Shown: piece by piece, positions 26,231 to 40,249 of the stretch
Layout: each line of letters starts with the position of its first letter
Numbering within the stretch: the first letter of the stretch is position 1
From: Octopus vulgaris
Lineage: Eukaryota
NCBI GenBank assembly: GCA_951406725.2
Contig: OX597822.1
Location: 87,296,001 to 87,360,000, forward strand
DNA: 64,000 bases
Direction: 5' to 3'
Notes under the pieces: model-generated
The model's database searches: none
Told to the model about the DNA's origin: nothing
Seen by the model: the letters and a program-made list of their open reading frames with translations, nothing else
Program-made: the position numbers and the translations under genes

Positions 26231-26883
26231 GTCTGCCAGTTTGCTGTGCTTGAAAAGAAGACATGTTGGACTGGGTGAAATCGTGGATGTCCTTGAATAT
26301 AAGCATGTTTCCTGCATCCCTCTTCAGTTGAGGAATCCTAATCTTGTGGGCTCATGGGTGCTGGTGCCACTATTTTCTTGAGGCCAGTGGAATGCTACTG
26401 TGCCTCTGTATTTCATTTTAATAACTATCATATTAGTCATTGCTTTTTAAAAAGGCAAATGAACACTTTAAAGCATTTAGTAGATGAGAAGTAACTAATT
26501 CTCTGGATAGTAATGTCCACTATTTTAAGTGGAGTGCATTAAGTTTTTGTTTAGCTACAGGTCAATCTTGACCATCCTAATTTTCTTGGATAGTAAGCTT
26601 CCAGGTCACATTATCCATGTAATGTTTCCATTTTACAATGTGATATGAATAAGATTTGGATGGTATTTATTGCAGAGCAAGTAACTGCATAAAGGTTTCT
26701 TCGTAGAATTAAAGGATATCTTCAGAGATTCAATAGAATGCCTGCAATATAAATTAACTCTTGGCTCATACATAGCTTCTACAGTTCAACTGATTTGTTT
26801 GTCACTGCCTATAATGTATTATATGTTGCAATATTTTGTAATAAAATAATCTTATTTTATTTAACTTCCATTTATTCTTTTAG

Positions 26884-27569
26884 ATAATGGATATGATGAT
26901 TCTTTATCAGAAAATGTCCAAGGAAACAATCCAGAAGCTTTCCAGAAATCTGTACCGCATTTTGATTCTTCTTCTAAAATAAAACCAACTTCAGTGGCCT
27001 TAAAATGTAAACCTACTAAAAGCAAAATTGAGGTGGATAACAAGACTGGAAGCTTTTCAAATAACAGTCCTGGAAAAAACAAGGAGTTACCTCCCAAGCC
27101 TACTTATAAATGTACCAAATTAGTTGACAGTGGACAAGCAACAACCCATAATAATAATGGTAACAGTACACCAGTGCCTATTGTAAATTTTCTGAGGCAT
27201 GTTCCTGAGACAAAACGCTCTTCAAGAAAAGATAATTTTGCACCACCTGAGTCCAGTTCTGGTTCAGAACTTGATGCTATTTCTCATAGCCGCCGCTTAC
27301 CAGGCAAACGGAATCTGCGTAAGACAAAATCTAAAGGTAAAGGCAAAGGTGGTGCTGCAAGCCTTGTACCAATTGGTCTCTTTGAGCAGTTGAATCTCGA
27401 TCTGTCTGCTTCAGAAGATGAGAACAATGATGCTGATTGCCAGTCAGCCGCTTTGTGTGAGAACATTCAAGAATGCAAAGATCTTCAAAAAGAACATGTA
27501 GAAACCTTTTCAACAAGGGCAACATCAAACCGACAAAAAGAGCCGACGATTCATGAAATTGATCCATGA
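26884..27569 (+). CDS. polycystin terminal coding exon (DNGYDDS...IHEIDP*)
   Basis: tag| acceptor in phase 1, continuous with track ORF 26994..27569; TGA stop. Confidence 0.8.
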
Positions 27570-28929
27570 GCTTGTTGGTAAATTTTCAAGAAAGACTTCC
27601 AAAACTGATGGTTACAAAGAAGAGACATTAACAATAATTGAAAGAGAAATTTATTCTGAGGGCCTGAGTGACTCATATTTTCTGTATTTAAGAATATTTT
27701 GTTTGTATCCACAGAATTGTCAACTTTGTTCATGAGGAAACTCGTAGCAGTTTTCCTTATTTAAAATATTGACTGATTAATGACTGTGAATAACAATTGT
27801 TGTAATTAAGAACAATAGTCATTTACTCTTTGGGGTTATCTAGATGAAATTTTGTAAGTATTGTGTTTGTATGCATGTTTGTGTGCTTTTAAAGGATTTT
27901 AAAAAGGCTAAGTCTAGAGAAAGAGTATATTAAGAAAAACAAAAGAATGAGAAATATATATTGAAAAGAAATTGAGAAAGTTAGAGAAATAGTCTAAAGA
28001 AACTAGAGAGTGTATTACAGAAAGTAAGATTTCATGTATATAATGGTAGAATGTGTGTGTGTATATAATATCGAAATAGGCAACAAGAGGCCAGTGTATA
28101 TGTGTGCATGTCATATCAATAGCTTATGTGTGATATGTGTATAAACACATATACACCCATCCACAGAGAAACATGTTTGAGTAGGTGTGTGTGTGCGTGC
28201 ATGCGCATATGTGTGTGTGTGTGTGTGTGCGTGCATGCGCATATGTGTGTGTGTGTGTGTTTGAAAGATAGCTGCTGCAGTAATTGAAAGATACAGAAAT
28301 GGAAAGCAACATGTCAAGATTTCTGGGAAACACACCTATAGTGGTTTGAAGCCAATTGGGTTAGCATATTTGAAGAATGACTAGTTTCCAGATGGTTGTG
28401 CAATTTCTTACTTCTCTAAGATTAATTAGTGAAAGAGGGGTTATTCTATTATTGTTGTTATTTGTTCCTTTTTCCTTTTACTCACTAATTTTTTTTTTTT
28501 TTTTCCAAAAATACTTTTTAAATGGGACCATAGTTTTTTTACAGGCCAATTTTTAAAATCAAAATCATAAATTACAATTCTTACTGCATGTCACAATAAC
28601 AGTGATTTGTTGCTTACAGGGAATTAAATATTTTATTCTTGTGTACCTGATTTTTACCCAAGCCGAATTATCAAAGAAATCCTTGCCCTCACATCATCGA
28701 ATCGCAGAACTAAAGTTCTCTAAATAGTTATTGATGTCAGGAGTCGTGCTTGTGATGTTTCACAGCCACTCTATTTCAGGTGTATTCAACAGTTGTCTTT
28801 GCTAGATTTTCTTGTGCTCATTATTTAGAGTGTGGTTTGGTGCTATTAATGAAACCTCTCCACTTAATTAGCCATTAAATATTTTTTTAATAATTGTATA
28901 AATAGTACCTGGGATTTCCAAGCTGTTAA

Positions 28930-28960
<31 letters not shown>

Positions 28961-29515
28961 TGTGTCTAACATCATTTTGATTAGTAGTTGTGTTCTCTAA
29001 TTGTCTTCAGAAACCCATTTTTCTGTTTTTTATTTCATACAAATAATACTATACTTTGGCTTGATTTTGAATCAAACACCAGAACTTTTACTTCCAGTAC
29101 AACCAAAGGATATGCCTATCTGTTACAAATGAAGACAACTAGAGAATGTCAGAAATAGAAGGAAGAAAATCTGTTGTGAAAGATGAAGTTGATATTTTGG
29201 AAAACTTAAAATGTGTTTAACAATGGCATATTTCATAAGTATAGATATTATATTATGCTCACTGTTTTATATACTTGCTCTGCTATACCAAAATAAAAAC
29301 AAGGCAAAATCAGTAAAAAAAAAAAAACACATACAAAATGACTAACCAACCAAAGTTTTCATGAAATCATAAATGGATGTGAGATGTGAATGTGTATCAC
29401 ACATTATTTTATAAAATAACCATTCTTTTAATTTTCTTTTTCTATGTATATAGCTCCATGCCATAACTATGATTTTTAACCTGTGAAGAACTTTATGTGC
29501 TTATGTTTTATTATA

Positions 29516-29556
<41 letters not shown>

Positions 29557-31593
29557 ATTGAAGTATGTGCAATTGTTCATGTGCAGACAGTCATTTGAAT
29601 ATTCATAAGAAAGGCTGTAGATATGAATATACATACAGACACACACATACATACACACATACATACGTACGTACATACATATATATATTATCTACACACA
29701 CATACACACACACACACACACACATACATATATATTCATATGTACACACAAGCACATGCACATATACATGCATACAGATTTATATTTTTAGAAAAAATCT
29801 TCCATGCATACATTTTCAAATTCTAACTTTTGATTAGAATTTAAAATGCATTTTCTGTAAGCATCTTTCCTGATATAATTCAAATATTTTTATGTTTTTC
29901 TTTTCAAAACATTTTTAATTCAATTCTCTGGTTTAAAGAAAAAGAAGGAAATTTTTTTTTTACCTTATGTATAAAAGTTTAGACTTTGATACTTTATCAT
30001 TATTGGCAAAACCTGGCAAAATGGTTTTAATGTGTCGGGCCAAATGCTTAGTGGCATTTCCTCTGGCTCTTTATGTTCTGAGTTCAAATTATGCCAAGGT
30101 ACACTTTGCCTTTCATCCTTTTGAGGTCAATAAATTAAGTACCAGTTGATCACTGGGGGGGCTGGGGGTCGATGTAATTGACTAACCCCCTCCCCTCAAA
30201 ATTGCTGGCCTTGTGCCAAAATTAGAAATTACTATTATTGTTGTTGTTATTATTCATCTAATACTTTTGTATCCATGAATTAACAGTTATATTTTGTGAA
30301 AAGATTCCAGAAATACTATCAGAATATATATTTTTTGCTGATATTTTATCCCTGTAACCAATGATTAAAAAAAAAAGAACTGGATTAAATTCCACTGTAT
30401 TTGGGCATTTTAATGAAAATAAAGCGATGTTATCTGATGCTTGACTAAATGTTGTTGATGTGTGGTTCTAGGTTCAGTCCTGTGGCAGGACACTTTGGAC
30501 AGGTGTCTCTTTTCTAGAGTGTTGGAATGGTCAATATCATGTGAGGGAAAATTGGTGGGTAGAAACGTTTGCATGAATCCCTATATGTGTACGTGACATT
30601 CTCTGTGAAAGTATTGTCTTTATGTTTCACAACTTAGCAGTTTGACTTATAGAAAACAATAAAATAAGTACTAAACTAATCAAAATATTCTGAGATTTGA
30701 TATGATTAACTGAAATCTTTGAGAATGGTGCCTCAGTATGGTTGCAGTTTGATGAAAGAAACAACTGAAGGAATATAAAAACATACATATGTCCTTTTTC
30801 CTACCTTTGGATTTTTAAGAATAATTATAATCTTGGAGTTTTATCTTTTGCAAGAATTCCTGTAAGATGAGTGTGAATTGTTGCAATGAATAGGTGAAAA
30901 GGAACCAGATGATGCCTGGTTACAAAGAATTTGTTTACTTTTTAAGGATAATTCCAAACAGTTATACTTTCCTCCTACACAGTCTAATGATTCTTCCACA
31001 CTTTACTCCCCATTCAACTTCAGTTGTTCCATCACACAACTATCATAATCAGCTCAGTTTTCACAGATCACTTCTATCTTCTCTTCCTTTCATGCATTCT
31101 AAAGGCTAACTATTGACTTTTCCCAGTTTATCTTGCTGATTTTCTCCATGAACATGTGGTGACTGTTATTGTCAACATCATCATTTAACATCCATTTTCC
31201 ATGCTGGCATGGGTTGGGTGTTGACATGGAGCAGGCCAGTTGGGGAGCTGTTCAGACACCAACTGTGCGTTGTGGCATGGTTTTTACCGCTGGATGCCCT
31301 TCCTAATGCCAGCCACTTTGCAGAGTGTGTTGGGTGCTATTCACATGTCTGAGACATCTCTGATGAAAGCATTCAACGACCTTTACATGACATTTGTAAA
31401 GGGTCTATGTCTCACATGAGCAAAAGAGTGATGTCAGTACATATTAATTTTTGTTTGCTTTAAGATGCCATGCTGGGACCAGACACGAGAACCAGCATCT
31501 TCGTTGAAGGAACAATTCTGAAAGTGGTAGACAAGTTTGTCTATCTGGGCAGCACATTCAGCCATTGAAATATTTTCAGGCTGCCGAGAGCAA

Positions 31594-31596
<3 letters not shown>

Positions 31597-31650
<54 letters not shown>

Positions 31651-31695
31651 ATATGTATGTATGTATATATATATGTATGTATGTATATATATATG

Positions 31696-31749
<54 letters not shown>

Positions 31750-31807
31750 TGTATGTATATATGTATGTATGTATATATATGTATGTATGTATATATATAT
31801 ATATATG

Positions 31808-31862
<55 letters not shown>

Positions 31863-31996
31863 GTATATATATATATATATATATAATATATATGTATATA
31901 TATATGTGTGTATGTATATATATATATGTATGTGTATATATATATATATATGTGTATGTATATATATATATATGTATGTGTATATATATATATGTA

Positions 31997-32061
<65 letters not shown>

Positions 32062-32078
32062 ATGTATATATATATATG
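31597..32078. repeat. compound (TA)n/(TATG)n microsatellite
   Basis: About 480 bp of TA/TATG; source of the spurious IYIY/YVCM ORFs. Confidence 0.95.
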
Positions 32079-32089
32079 TAAACAAAATA

Positions 32090-32628
32090 TTATGAGAATT
32101 GAAGCTCCCCAAAGGTCAATCACAAAAAAGATAGATGGCATGTCAGACCTTGACTACTGGGGTAGACTAGAGAAGCTGAAATTGTATTCACTCCAACGAC
32201 GCTGTGAACACTACATTATCTGTATGATGTGGAAAATATTCCATCAGCACTGTCCGAATGATGTTGGCATCACCTTCAAAATACATCCAAGGCTTGGACC
32301 ACGTGCCATCCGTCCACAACAAAAATCTAAATCGCATCACATAACGACAATACGGCACAACTATTTCACCTCAATTGGACCCGCTCTCTTCAACATTACA
32401 CCAGGACACATCAAAAAAGAAACTGACCACACAAAATTCAAGAAGTCTTTGGACAAATTCCTTCAAACAGTCCCGGACAAACCACCCACACCCGGATATG
32501 TCTCCGCAAAAAATAACTCTCTGCTCGAATGGGCCTTGGTGCCCAAATCCTGAATTGAAAGACTTCGCCAGGTGGTGCTATTAAGTTAGACATGGCCTGA
32601 GCCAATACTGGCTAAAACCTTTCTAAGT
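32090..32628 (+). mobile_element. CR1-type LINE 3' end
   Basis: [48 protein letters not shown], stop at 32553, short 3'UTR. Confidence 0.85.
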
Positions 32629-32934
32629 TATATATATATGTATATATATATGTATATGTATATATGTATGTATATATATGTATGTACATATATATATGTA
32701 TATATATATATGTATATAATAAATATTAGGGAATGAATCCAAAATTACAGGGAAAAATCAGATTTAGGGTTAAATCCAATTTTATAGTAAAATATTATAT
32801 AATATAATTCGAGACAAAACCACTATTTTAAAATCAAACAAGGAAAGACTTAATCAATACATAAAATTTTAATATAAATTAAATAAAATTTTATGTATTG
32901 ATTAAGTCTTTCCTTTGTCTCGAATTATATTATA

Positions 32935-32981
<47 letters not shown>

Positions 32982-33291
32982 GTATGTATGTATTTATCTA
33001 TATATATGTATATGTATATATGACTCTTTGGAATAACAATGTATGTGGCTGAAGAGAGCTTTAAACCATCTTTTATATCTATTATACACTGATGTAAGAA
33101 CAGGTCGTTTATAAAGCTTGAAACACGTATACCGTGATATCCTTTGTGTTCTGTTTTTGATTTTATTTGATATATTCTCTCTCACCTCTGCCACTATCTG
33201 GCGTATACAGGTGCTTACACTTATCAAGTATTCACTCTAAATTTGCAGTACCTACTATGTATATGTATATATGTACATATATATATATATG

Positions 33292-33331
<40 letters not shown>

Positions 33332-33381
33332 TAGATAGATAGATATATATATATAGATAGATATATATATAGATATACATA

Positions 33382-34138
33382 TCTCTATATATAAAACTGA
33401 AATGCGTTTTTACCGCTTGGATCGCTTTCAATGCCACTACATCCCACCCGATTCGCTCCAAAATTTACAGGGACATGTAGAATGAGGTGACGATGCTCGT
33501 GGGCTACCTTAGAAATCCCTGTCTTAAAAGGTGTGGTTGCTAGGGGTCATCTTCCTCACTCACGCTATTTCCTCCTTTCCCTCTCTTACTCCCCTTCATT
33601 TATAACATTGAGAAGTCCACTCCAGTTATTTAATGTATTCCCCTCAACTCCCTTTCACTTTCCCTTTATAAGTTCGTCAGGCGGCTTTCTTTGATGTATC
33701 TGTTTGCATTCATAGGGAGAATTATCATCGCTACCATCAACACACAATCATGAGAACAAATATTATGAATCAGATATTCTTGCGTTCATTTATATGTGTA
33801 TGTGTGTGTGTGTGTTCTATATATAAATATGTATATATAATGTATGTGTGTGTGTGTGTGTTCTATATATAAATATGTATATATACAACGTGTATATATC
33901 TGTATTTATGTATATTAAACTTTTTCATACTTTTTCATAGTTATATATATTTTTAAACAAATTATAAATATAATTTAATAATTTTTATTTTCAATTTTAT
34001 ATTTTATATATTTTCTATATTATATATTTTTTTTAATGTTTTTGTTTTTGGTTTTTCACTGTTTGATTTGCCTATTAGTGGTTTTATCTCTAATTTAATT
34101 TATACAGATATATATCTCATTTGGATATATAATGCGTG

Positions 34139-34174
<36 letters not shown>

Positions 34175-35350
34175 ATGTGTGCATTACGTAGTCGGTCGAT
34201 TCAGCTGAAAATATGCACACCTATGTTAAAAGTGCTGGCAAGTTTGCATGACAACTATTTTTTTCCTCAAATGAAAGGCGTCACCTCTAGGACAAAATTC
34301 CTCATCTTATAAAATGTGGCCCCAGTAGACCCGAATGAAATCGGGTTATATTAACCAAAATGTGAAAAGGTGTCTAAATGAGGCTGGAAGGGGATTAAAA
34401 TTTCAAGGAGCGGGTGTTTAGGAATTCTCTGTTACATCAAGCTAAAAAAATTTGCGCCAGCCCTTTAATCGTCAATATGTTGCCGTCCATGATAAAGAAG
34501 TTTTGAATGCTTGCCATGGTGAGTCTACTGTCGTGAGAAAGAATCACTTCAAAACTTGGTGTTTACGAATTTTCTTTTATATCAAGTTCAAAATTTTACG
34601 CCAGCCGTTAAACTGTCAATACGTTGCTGTCCGTCGTTAAGAAATGCCAGCCATGGTGACTCTACTATCCTCAAATTCTATCCCTTCAAACTTTGGTTTC
34701 CAATATATTATTATTTTTATTCAGCTCGCAAGTTCGTCTGTCCCTTTTAAATGTTAGCGTTTTGCTGTCTGCCTTGAAGCAGACCTTTCCATTGCCACTG
34801 CCTCATATTTCTGATTGATCTTTCTAAATATTTTATTTCTCAACTTACTCAAGATCTTCTGTTGTTTATAAATGGGAGGGAGATAAAGATAGAGAGTAAG
34901 AGAAAGCGAGGGAGAGTCCGAGAGAAAAGAAAAGTAAGAGAGTGGGAAAGTGAGAGAGAAACAAATACGGAGAATCATCATCATCATCATCATCGTTTAA
35001 CGTCCGTTTTCCGTGCTAGCACGGGTTGGACAGTGTGACCGGGGTCTGGGAAGCCAGAAGGCTGCACCAGGTTCCAGTCTGATCTGGCAGTGTTTCTACA
35101 GGTGGATGCCCTTCCTAACGCCAACCACTCTGTGAGTGTAGTGGGTGCTTTTTTCGTGCCGCCGGCACAGGTGCCAGGGGGGCTCGCAGCGGCAACGGTT
35201 GGTGCTTTTTACGTGCCACCGGCACAGAAGCCAGTCAAGGCGGCGCTGCAATCGGCCACGTTCGGATGGTGCTTTTTACGTGCTGAAACAAAGCAGCAGA
35301 AAGTAACAACCACACTCTTACCCGCGCGTAGAGCAGGTCACCTTCAGCTA

Positions 35351-35351
<1 letters not shown>
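33382..35351 (+). mobile_element. non-autonomous Helitron-like element with nested RTE tail
   Basis: A|TC 5' end (TCTCTATATATAAAA), subterminal GC hairpin and CTAG|T 3' end; internal imperfect duplication of about 144 bp at 34450-34680. Confidence 0.65.
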
Positions 35352-35396
<45 letters not shown>

Positions 35397-35499
35397 CACA
35401 TATATATATGTACATACATATATATATATGTATATATATGAATATATGTATATGCATATATTTATATGTATGTATTAATTTATCAAAATAAATAAATTG

Positions 35500-35540
<41 letters not shown>

Positions 35541-35701
35541 CCTATACATATATATGTATTCATATATATATGTATTCATATATATGTATACATATACATG
35601 TATACATATATATATATATGTATTCATATAGATAAGTATACATATACATGTATATATATGTATGTATGTATAGATGTGTGTGTGTATATATATATTTATA
35701 T

Positions 35702-36590
35702 GTTAGTTAGTTAGTTAGTTAGTTAATTTGGCTCAAAAGCAAATAGCAAAGCCATGTAGGGGGACATGGAGTTAAGTACAGGGTGGTGTTCATGTAAAGA
35801 GTTCAGGCCACTTGAGGTCCAGGGAGGCTTTGAACAAAGCGGTCGTCAGCATCTTCACCATCTCGTCTGGCAGCTTGTTCCACGGATCCGCAACCCGGAC
35901 GGAGAAAGCTCCTCTCCTTCGATTGAGATGAAATCGTCGCAGGTAGAGCTTTTCAGAATGACCCCGCAGCCGACGCTCCGGAGCAGGAGTGAAGAACAGC
36001 TCTTTCGAGAGGTTACACTTCCCGCTTATGATGTTGTGGGCGAGAATGAGATCACCACGGCGGCGGCGTTTTCAAGAGAATAAAGGTCGAGCGTCCTCAG
36101 CCTTTCTTCGTAGGACAAATTTTTGAGACCATGAACCATGCGGGTAGCCAGCCTCTGGACTCTTTCGAGGTGCTGTATGTCTTTGAGGAGATAAGGAGAA
36201 GAGGCTTGAATCCCATACTCCAATATGGGTCTCACCAGCGTGACATAGAGTGGCAGGAATATGGCTGCTGTGAGCATTCCGAATGACCGTCGAATCAAAA
36301 ACAGAATTCCGCGCGCTTTGTTGGCAGCATGGACGCACTGGGCCGAAGGCGAAAAGGAGGAATCCACCAAGATACCCAGGTCCTTTACCTGATCGGTCCT
36401 CTCCAGCAGCAGACGACCCGGCTCGAAATCAAGTTGAGTTGCAGGAGTAGAGCCGACAGGCAGATGACAGCACTTTGACACGTTCAGACACAGGTCCCAA
36501 TCGTTAGACCACTTCCAAATTTGGTGGAGGCATCGATGAAGATCCTCTATACTACCACGAGGAGCGACCAGTTTGATATCGTCGGCAAAT
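35702..36590 (-). mobile_element. young 5'-truncated CR1-type LINE
   Basis: FADDIKL, LNVSKC, KDLGILVD, LVRPILEY, LERVQRLATR; one frameshift near 36070; (TAAC)n tail. Confidence 0.92.
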
Positions 36591-37154
36591 ATGTATGTAT
36601 ACATATATATAAATATACATATATGGGAAAAAATAAGTTAAAAAAACAATTTAAACTTTTTGAGAGGTCCGAAAAGAGAAAAAATAATGATTTCTAATAA
36701 AAGATTCATCATATTCATAAAAAAAACAGCCTGAACAAGTAATAAGGATATGAAAATAGTAGTTGAAAAATATTATTATAGATATAAATGTACCATAAGC
36801 AATTATAGATATATTCATAGTAATTATAATTAAATTTATGCATTGTCATTCTCATCAGTGTAAAGAATTTTTAGAAGGACATCAACATAAATTAAATTAA
36901 AATAAGATACAATAAAGGAGAATACAAATAGGGAAAAATTGGATATTTACAAGCAAGTTGTAAAAGGGAAAAAAATAACCGTATGTACTGAATCCTATTT
37001 TGTATTAAATCTAATTTTGATTCAACATCTTTTTTTTCTCCTCCATTTTACTATAATTGTTTATGGTATATTTATACCTATAATGGTATTTTTCAACTAT
37101 GTATACATATATATACATATATAATAATAATAACATATATATATAAATATATAT

Positions 37155-37450
37155 TATATAAAATCCGTTCTCTCTGTCTGTGTGTCTTCTAGGATCTCAG
37201 GCATCTTCCATCTGATTACGCTCAAATTTGATATGCAGATACCGATGGTATCAGGGTGTGTATAAGTCTTGAAAAAATTACAAAAATCGATTCCAGGTGA
37301 GAATGCGATCGGTAAAGCCATGGGAGCATGCATTTGTACACGCAAGTACATCAGCTGTTGCGATTGATACTATGTATACGTGAGAAAAATGCACATGCAG
37401 TTTGCGCAAAAAAAGCCAGCAGGCTTGAAATGCAGTATATTTAAGAGACC
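37155..37450 (+). mobile_element. probable Helitron-like 5' fragment
   Basis: TATATAAAA..(CTGT)n..CAAATTTG start resembles the elements at 33382 and 52934; no 3' end found. Confidence 0.35.
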
Positions 37451-37696
37451 AAAAAAGTAAGATGCAAAAGAGATATTTTCTTCAAATTTGGCATGAAGTA
37501 AGAAAAGACTATTTGGTTTCTCAAAAAGTTTTTTTCTTTTTGCTTTAACTTCGTTTAAGAAAACCCAAAATTTTATTGAAATAAAGGCAAGCTTAATTAT
37601 TTTTTAATGAAAAGAAAACAATGATTGCTTTTTATTCAGCAGATATGATTCAGCACCATCCATTGGACGGGGAGTGTTTTGCTCGTATATATATAT

Positions 37697-37751
<55 letters not shown>

Positions 37752-38025
37752 AAATGGCTGATCGTTAGTAAGGAGAGACACACAAATAAGAAAGAAGAAA
37801 GCAAAGTACTACTGATGAGGTCACAGAAGTATGAAGAAAGAACTCTGGCTGAAATAAGATTATGATTAATGTAAAAAATAAATAAAGATCAAGTAAATTA
37901 ACACCAAATATTTAGTGCATGTATTTTTATTCGCTAAACTGGCAACATCATTATTCCTAAATACAATATCCTTTTCAGCACAGGATTTCACATCAAGAAT
38001 CTTGCAAAACAAATATATGAACGTG

Positions 38026-38056
<31 letters not shown>

Positions 38057-38082
38057 ATAATATAAAAATATATATATATAAT

Positions 38083-38113
<31 letters not shown>

Positions 38114-38119
38114 TATTTT

Positions 38120-38682
38120 ATTTATTTTATTTTATCTAGTTTCAGCTCACGAGCTGTGGCCATGCTGGGACACCGCCATTTGGTGTTGCTACATGATTTT
38201 ACTTCACGAATGCTTTTTTAGCAATTGCCATTTGGTGCATGAGAGAGTTCGATGCAGCTGCCCTCATCTGCACCTCCTGCCGTGAAGTTGGTTCATCTGC
38301 GACACCTGACAGGAAGAGATCCAGTTTTATATAAAGACATCTGCATCCACCCCATGCAGGTCTCTCAGGTTCTTCGGGAGGATATTGAAGAGCTGTGGGC
38401 CTCTCAAGCCCTGGCTATGACAGTATCTTGTCCTACATCTTGATGGCAAATTTGGAGTCCTTGGCACTATGCAGTGGCACCCAATTCTAGCATTTGTGTA
38501 ATTCTCAATGCCAAAGTTTGGGACAAGTCCTTCTAGGATCTTCCAGATGTATATTATGGCATATCTTTCTCGCCTACGCTCTAAGGAATAGAGTCTTAAT
38601 CTCTTGAGTCTTTCCCAGTAGCTTATATGCTGCACAGAGGCTATCTTCATGTAGCTTCGTTGGATCGCCTCAAGTTCTGTGA
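38120..38682 (-). mobile_element. CR1-type LINE 3' fragment
   Basis: SYWERLKRLRLYSLERRRERYAIIYIWKIL; 3' end cccagcatggccacagctcgtgagctgaaactaga, also present as a 55-bp stub at 22750-22805. Confidence 0.88.
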
Positions 38683-38697
38683 TTATATATATATATA

Positions 38698-38739
<42 letters not shown>

Positions 38740-39048
38740 GTATATATATTTAGATAAAACTTACTTGAAGAGGATGTGTGGCATTCAGTCATATAATAAT
38801 ATCAATTATATATATATGTGTGTGTGTATGTATATTTATGTATGTATACATATGTATATATATATGTATGTATATATATATATATATATTTATGTTTCTT
38901 TATATATATATATAGATATGTATCTTTATCTATATTTATATATATATATATATATATATATACATAGATATGTATCTTTATCTATATTTATATCTATATT
39001 TATTTATATATATAGAGAGAGAGAGATAAGTATGTATCTTTATGTATG

Positions 39049-39079
<31 letters not shown>

Positions 39080-39199
39080 ATAGATAAGTATGTATCTTTA
39101 TCTATCTATCTATATATGTATATATGTGTGTATATACATATAGATTAGTATGTATCTTTACCTATATATATATATATATATATGTATGTATATATATAG

Positions 39200-40175
39200 A
39201 TATGTATGAAAAATTAGAAGTAGACCCTATATAAATAGTATTAAAATTATGATAATTCAAATTCTTATCATCTATTATAGTTACCCTACACTTATAGACT
39301 ACATTATCTAAATTACAATAATTATTCAATTACATGTAGACTTGTCCCTACATGTACAATTAATCAACTCTTGGTCTTCATTATTATAAAATATATATAA
39401 AGGGATCTAACGTATTACATTTAATTTAATTTGAGAATTAATTTCGTTAGACAATATATTATTTAGTTATTAGGTGGCATATTTATTATGTAATATAAAA
39501 TTTTAAGTTAATTAGGTACTATATTGATATTTAGTCAACTATGTTATAGATTGATATATTAAATCTATAGATACTACACATGTATATTAATTATATAGTT
39601 AGCTTATTTAAAGAGTTTCTCTATATTTGAACCATTTCTTATTTTGATTACAATTTAATGACTTGTACTAGCATTGAGTATTTTAATTAATTTTAAAGTA
39701 TTTAATAATTTAAGTATTGTTTTAGTTTTCACTTATGTATATTTAGTATTTATATATAAATACTATAATATATATATATTATAGTATATTTATTAATTAA
39801 TTATTTTATTATTCTACTTTATTTTTAACCTGATGAGTGGTTATATTTATATCGAAGGGATTTTACTACTACTATAATCATTTCTTAAATATAGCCACGA
39901 AACACGTGCCGTTATTCGACCAATTATATACGTTTTTTTTTTTTTTTTTGCAAGTTACTTAATCATTGATATTTTATTGTTATTTTAATTTTAATATTTC
40001 TATTATATGTAATTTTCTAGATGGTGTAATTTAATTGTTCATTTTGAAATGATAAAAGGTGGGTTTTTTCTAATTTTTATACATATATATTATGTTGTGT
40101 GAAATTTGATTTAGTATTTCTAAATTGAATTTTTTCCCTGTAAGTTTGGATTTATATTCCCTCAAATAATTATTA
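39200..40175. mobile_element. AT-rich Penelope-like terminal remnant carrying a hammerhead motif
   Basis: Inside (TA)n; left end is an imperfect inverted copy of 40062-40090; right end resembles revcomp of 32725-32790. Confidence 0.5.
39826..39914 (+). ncRNA. minimal hammerhead ribozyme motif (probably inactivated)
   Basis: UAAC-CUGAUGA, 13-bp stem II GUGGUUAUAUUUA/UAAAUAUAGCCAC, GAAA-CACGUG-CC-GUUA; C instead of U at 16.1. Confidence 0.7.
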
Positions 40176-40203
40176 TAGATATGTATGTATCTTTATCTAT
40201 CTA

Positions 40204-40238
<35 letters not shown>

Positions 40239-40249
40239 AAAAAAGACAT

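Larger units (their letters stand above)
25..27569 (+). other. PKD1-like polycystin gene, 3' part (15 coding exons, about 922 aa; 5' exons lie upstream of the window)
   Basis: Fifteen AG..GT-bounded exons join in phase into one 2769-nt open frame. Polycystin motifs: RPP..KE pre-TM segment, WWEWLQ, LLGKVHIRNI, IIIEFTLYNPPTNLFS, LFRY, KLLSLSRY, then S5-pore-S6. Exact paralog not assignable by eye. Confidence 0.88.

Noticed and set aside
28180-28262. Alternating purine-pyrimidine tract with repeated GCATGCGCATAT
   Set aside because: Ordinary (GT)n microsatellite variant, common throughout this window.
31434-32553. Long ORFs of 235-338 aa with IYIY/YVCM repeats
   Set aside because: Stop-free frames through a TA/TATG microsatellite joining an RTE scrap to a CR1 fragment; not a gene.
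37810-37870. CTGATGA...GAAA hammerhead-like string
   Set aside because: Weak stem II, no stem I and no valid NUH site; at best a decayed remnant.
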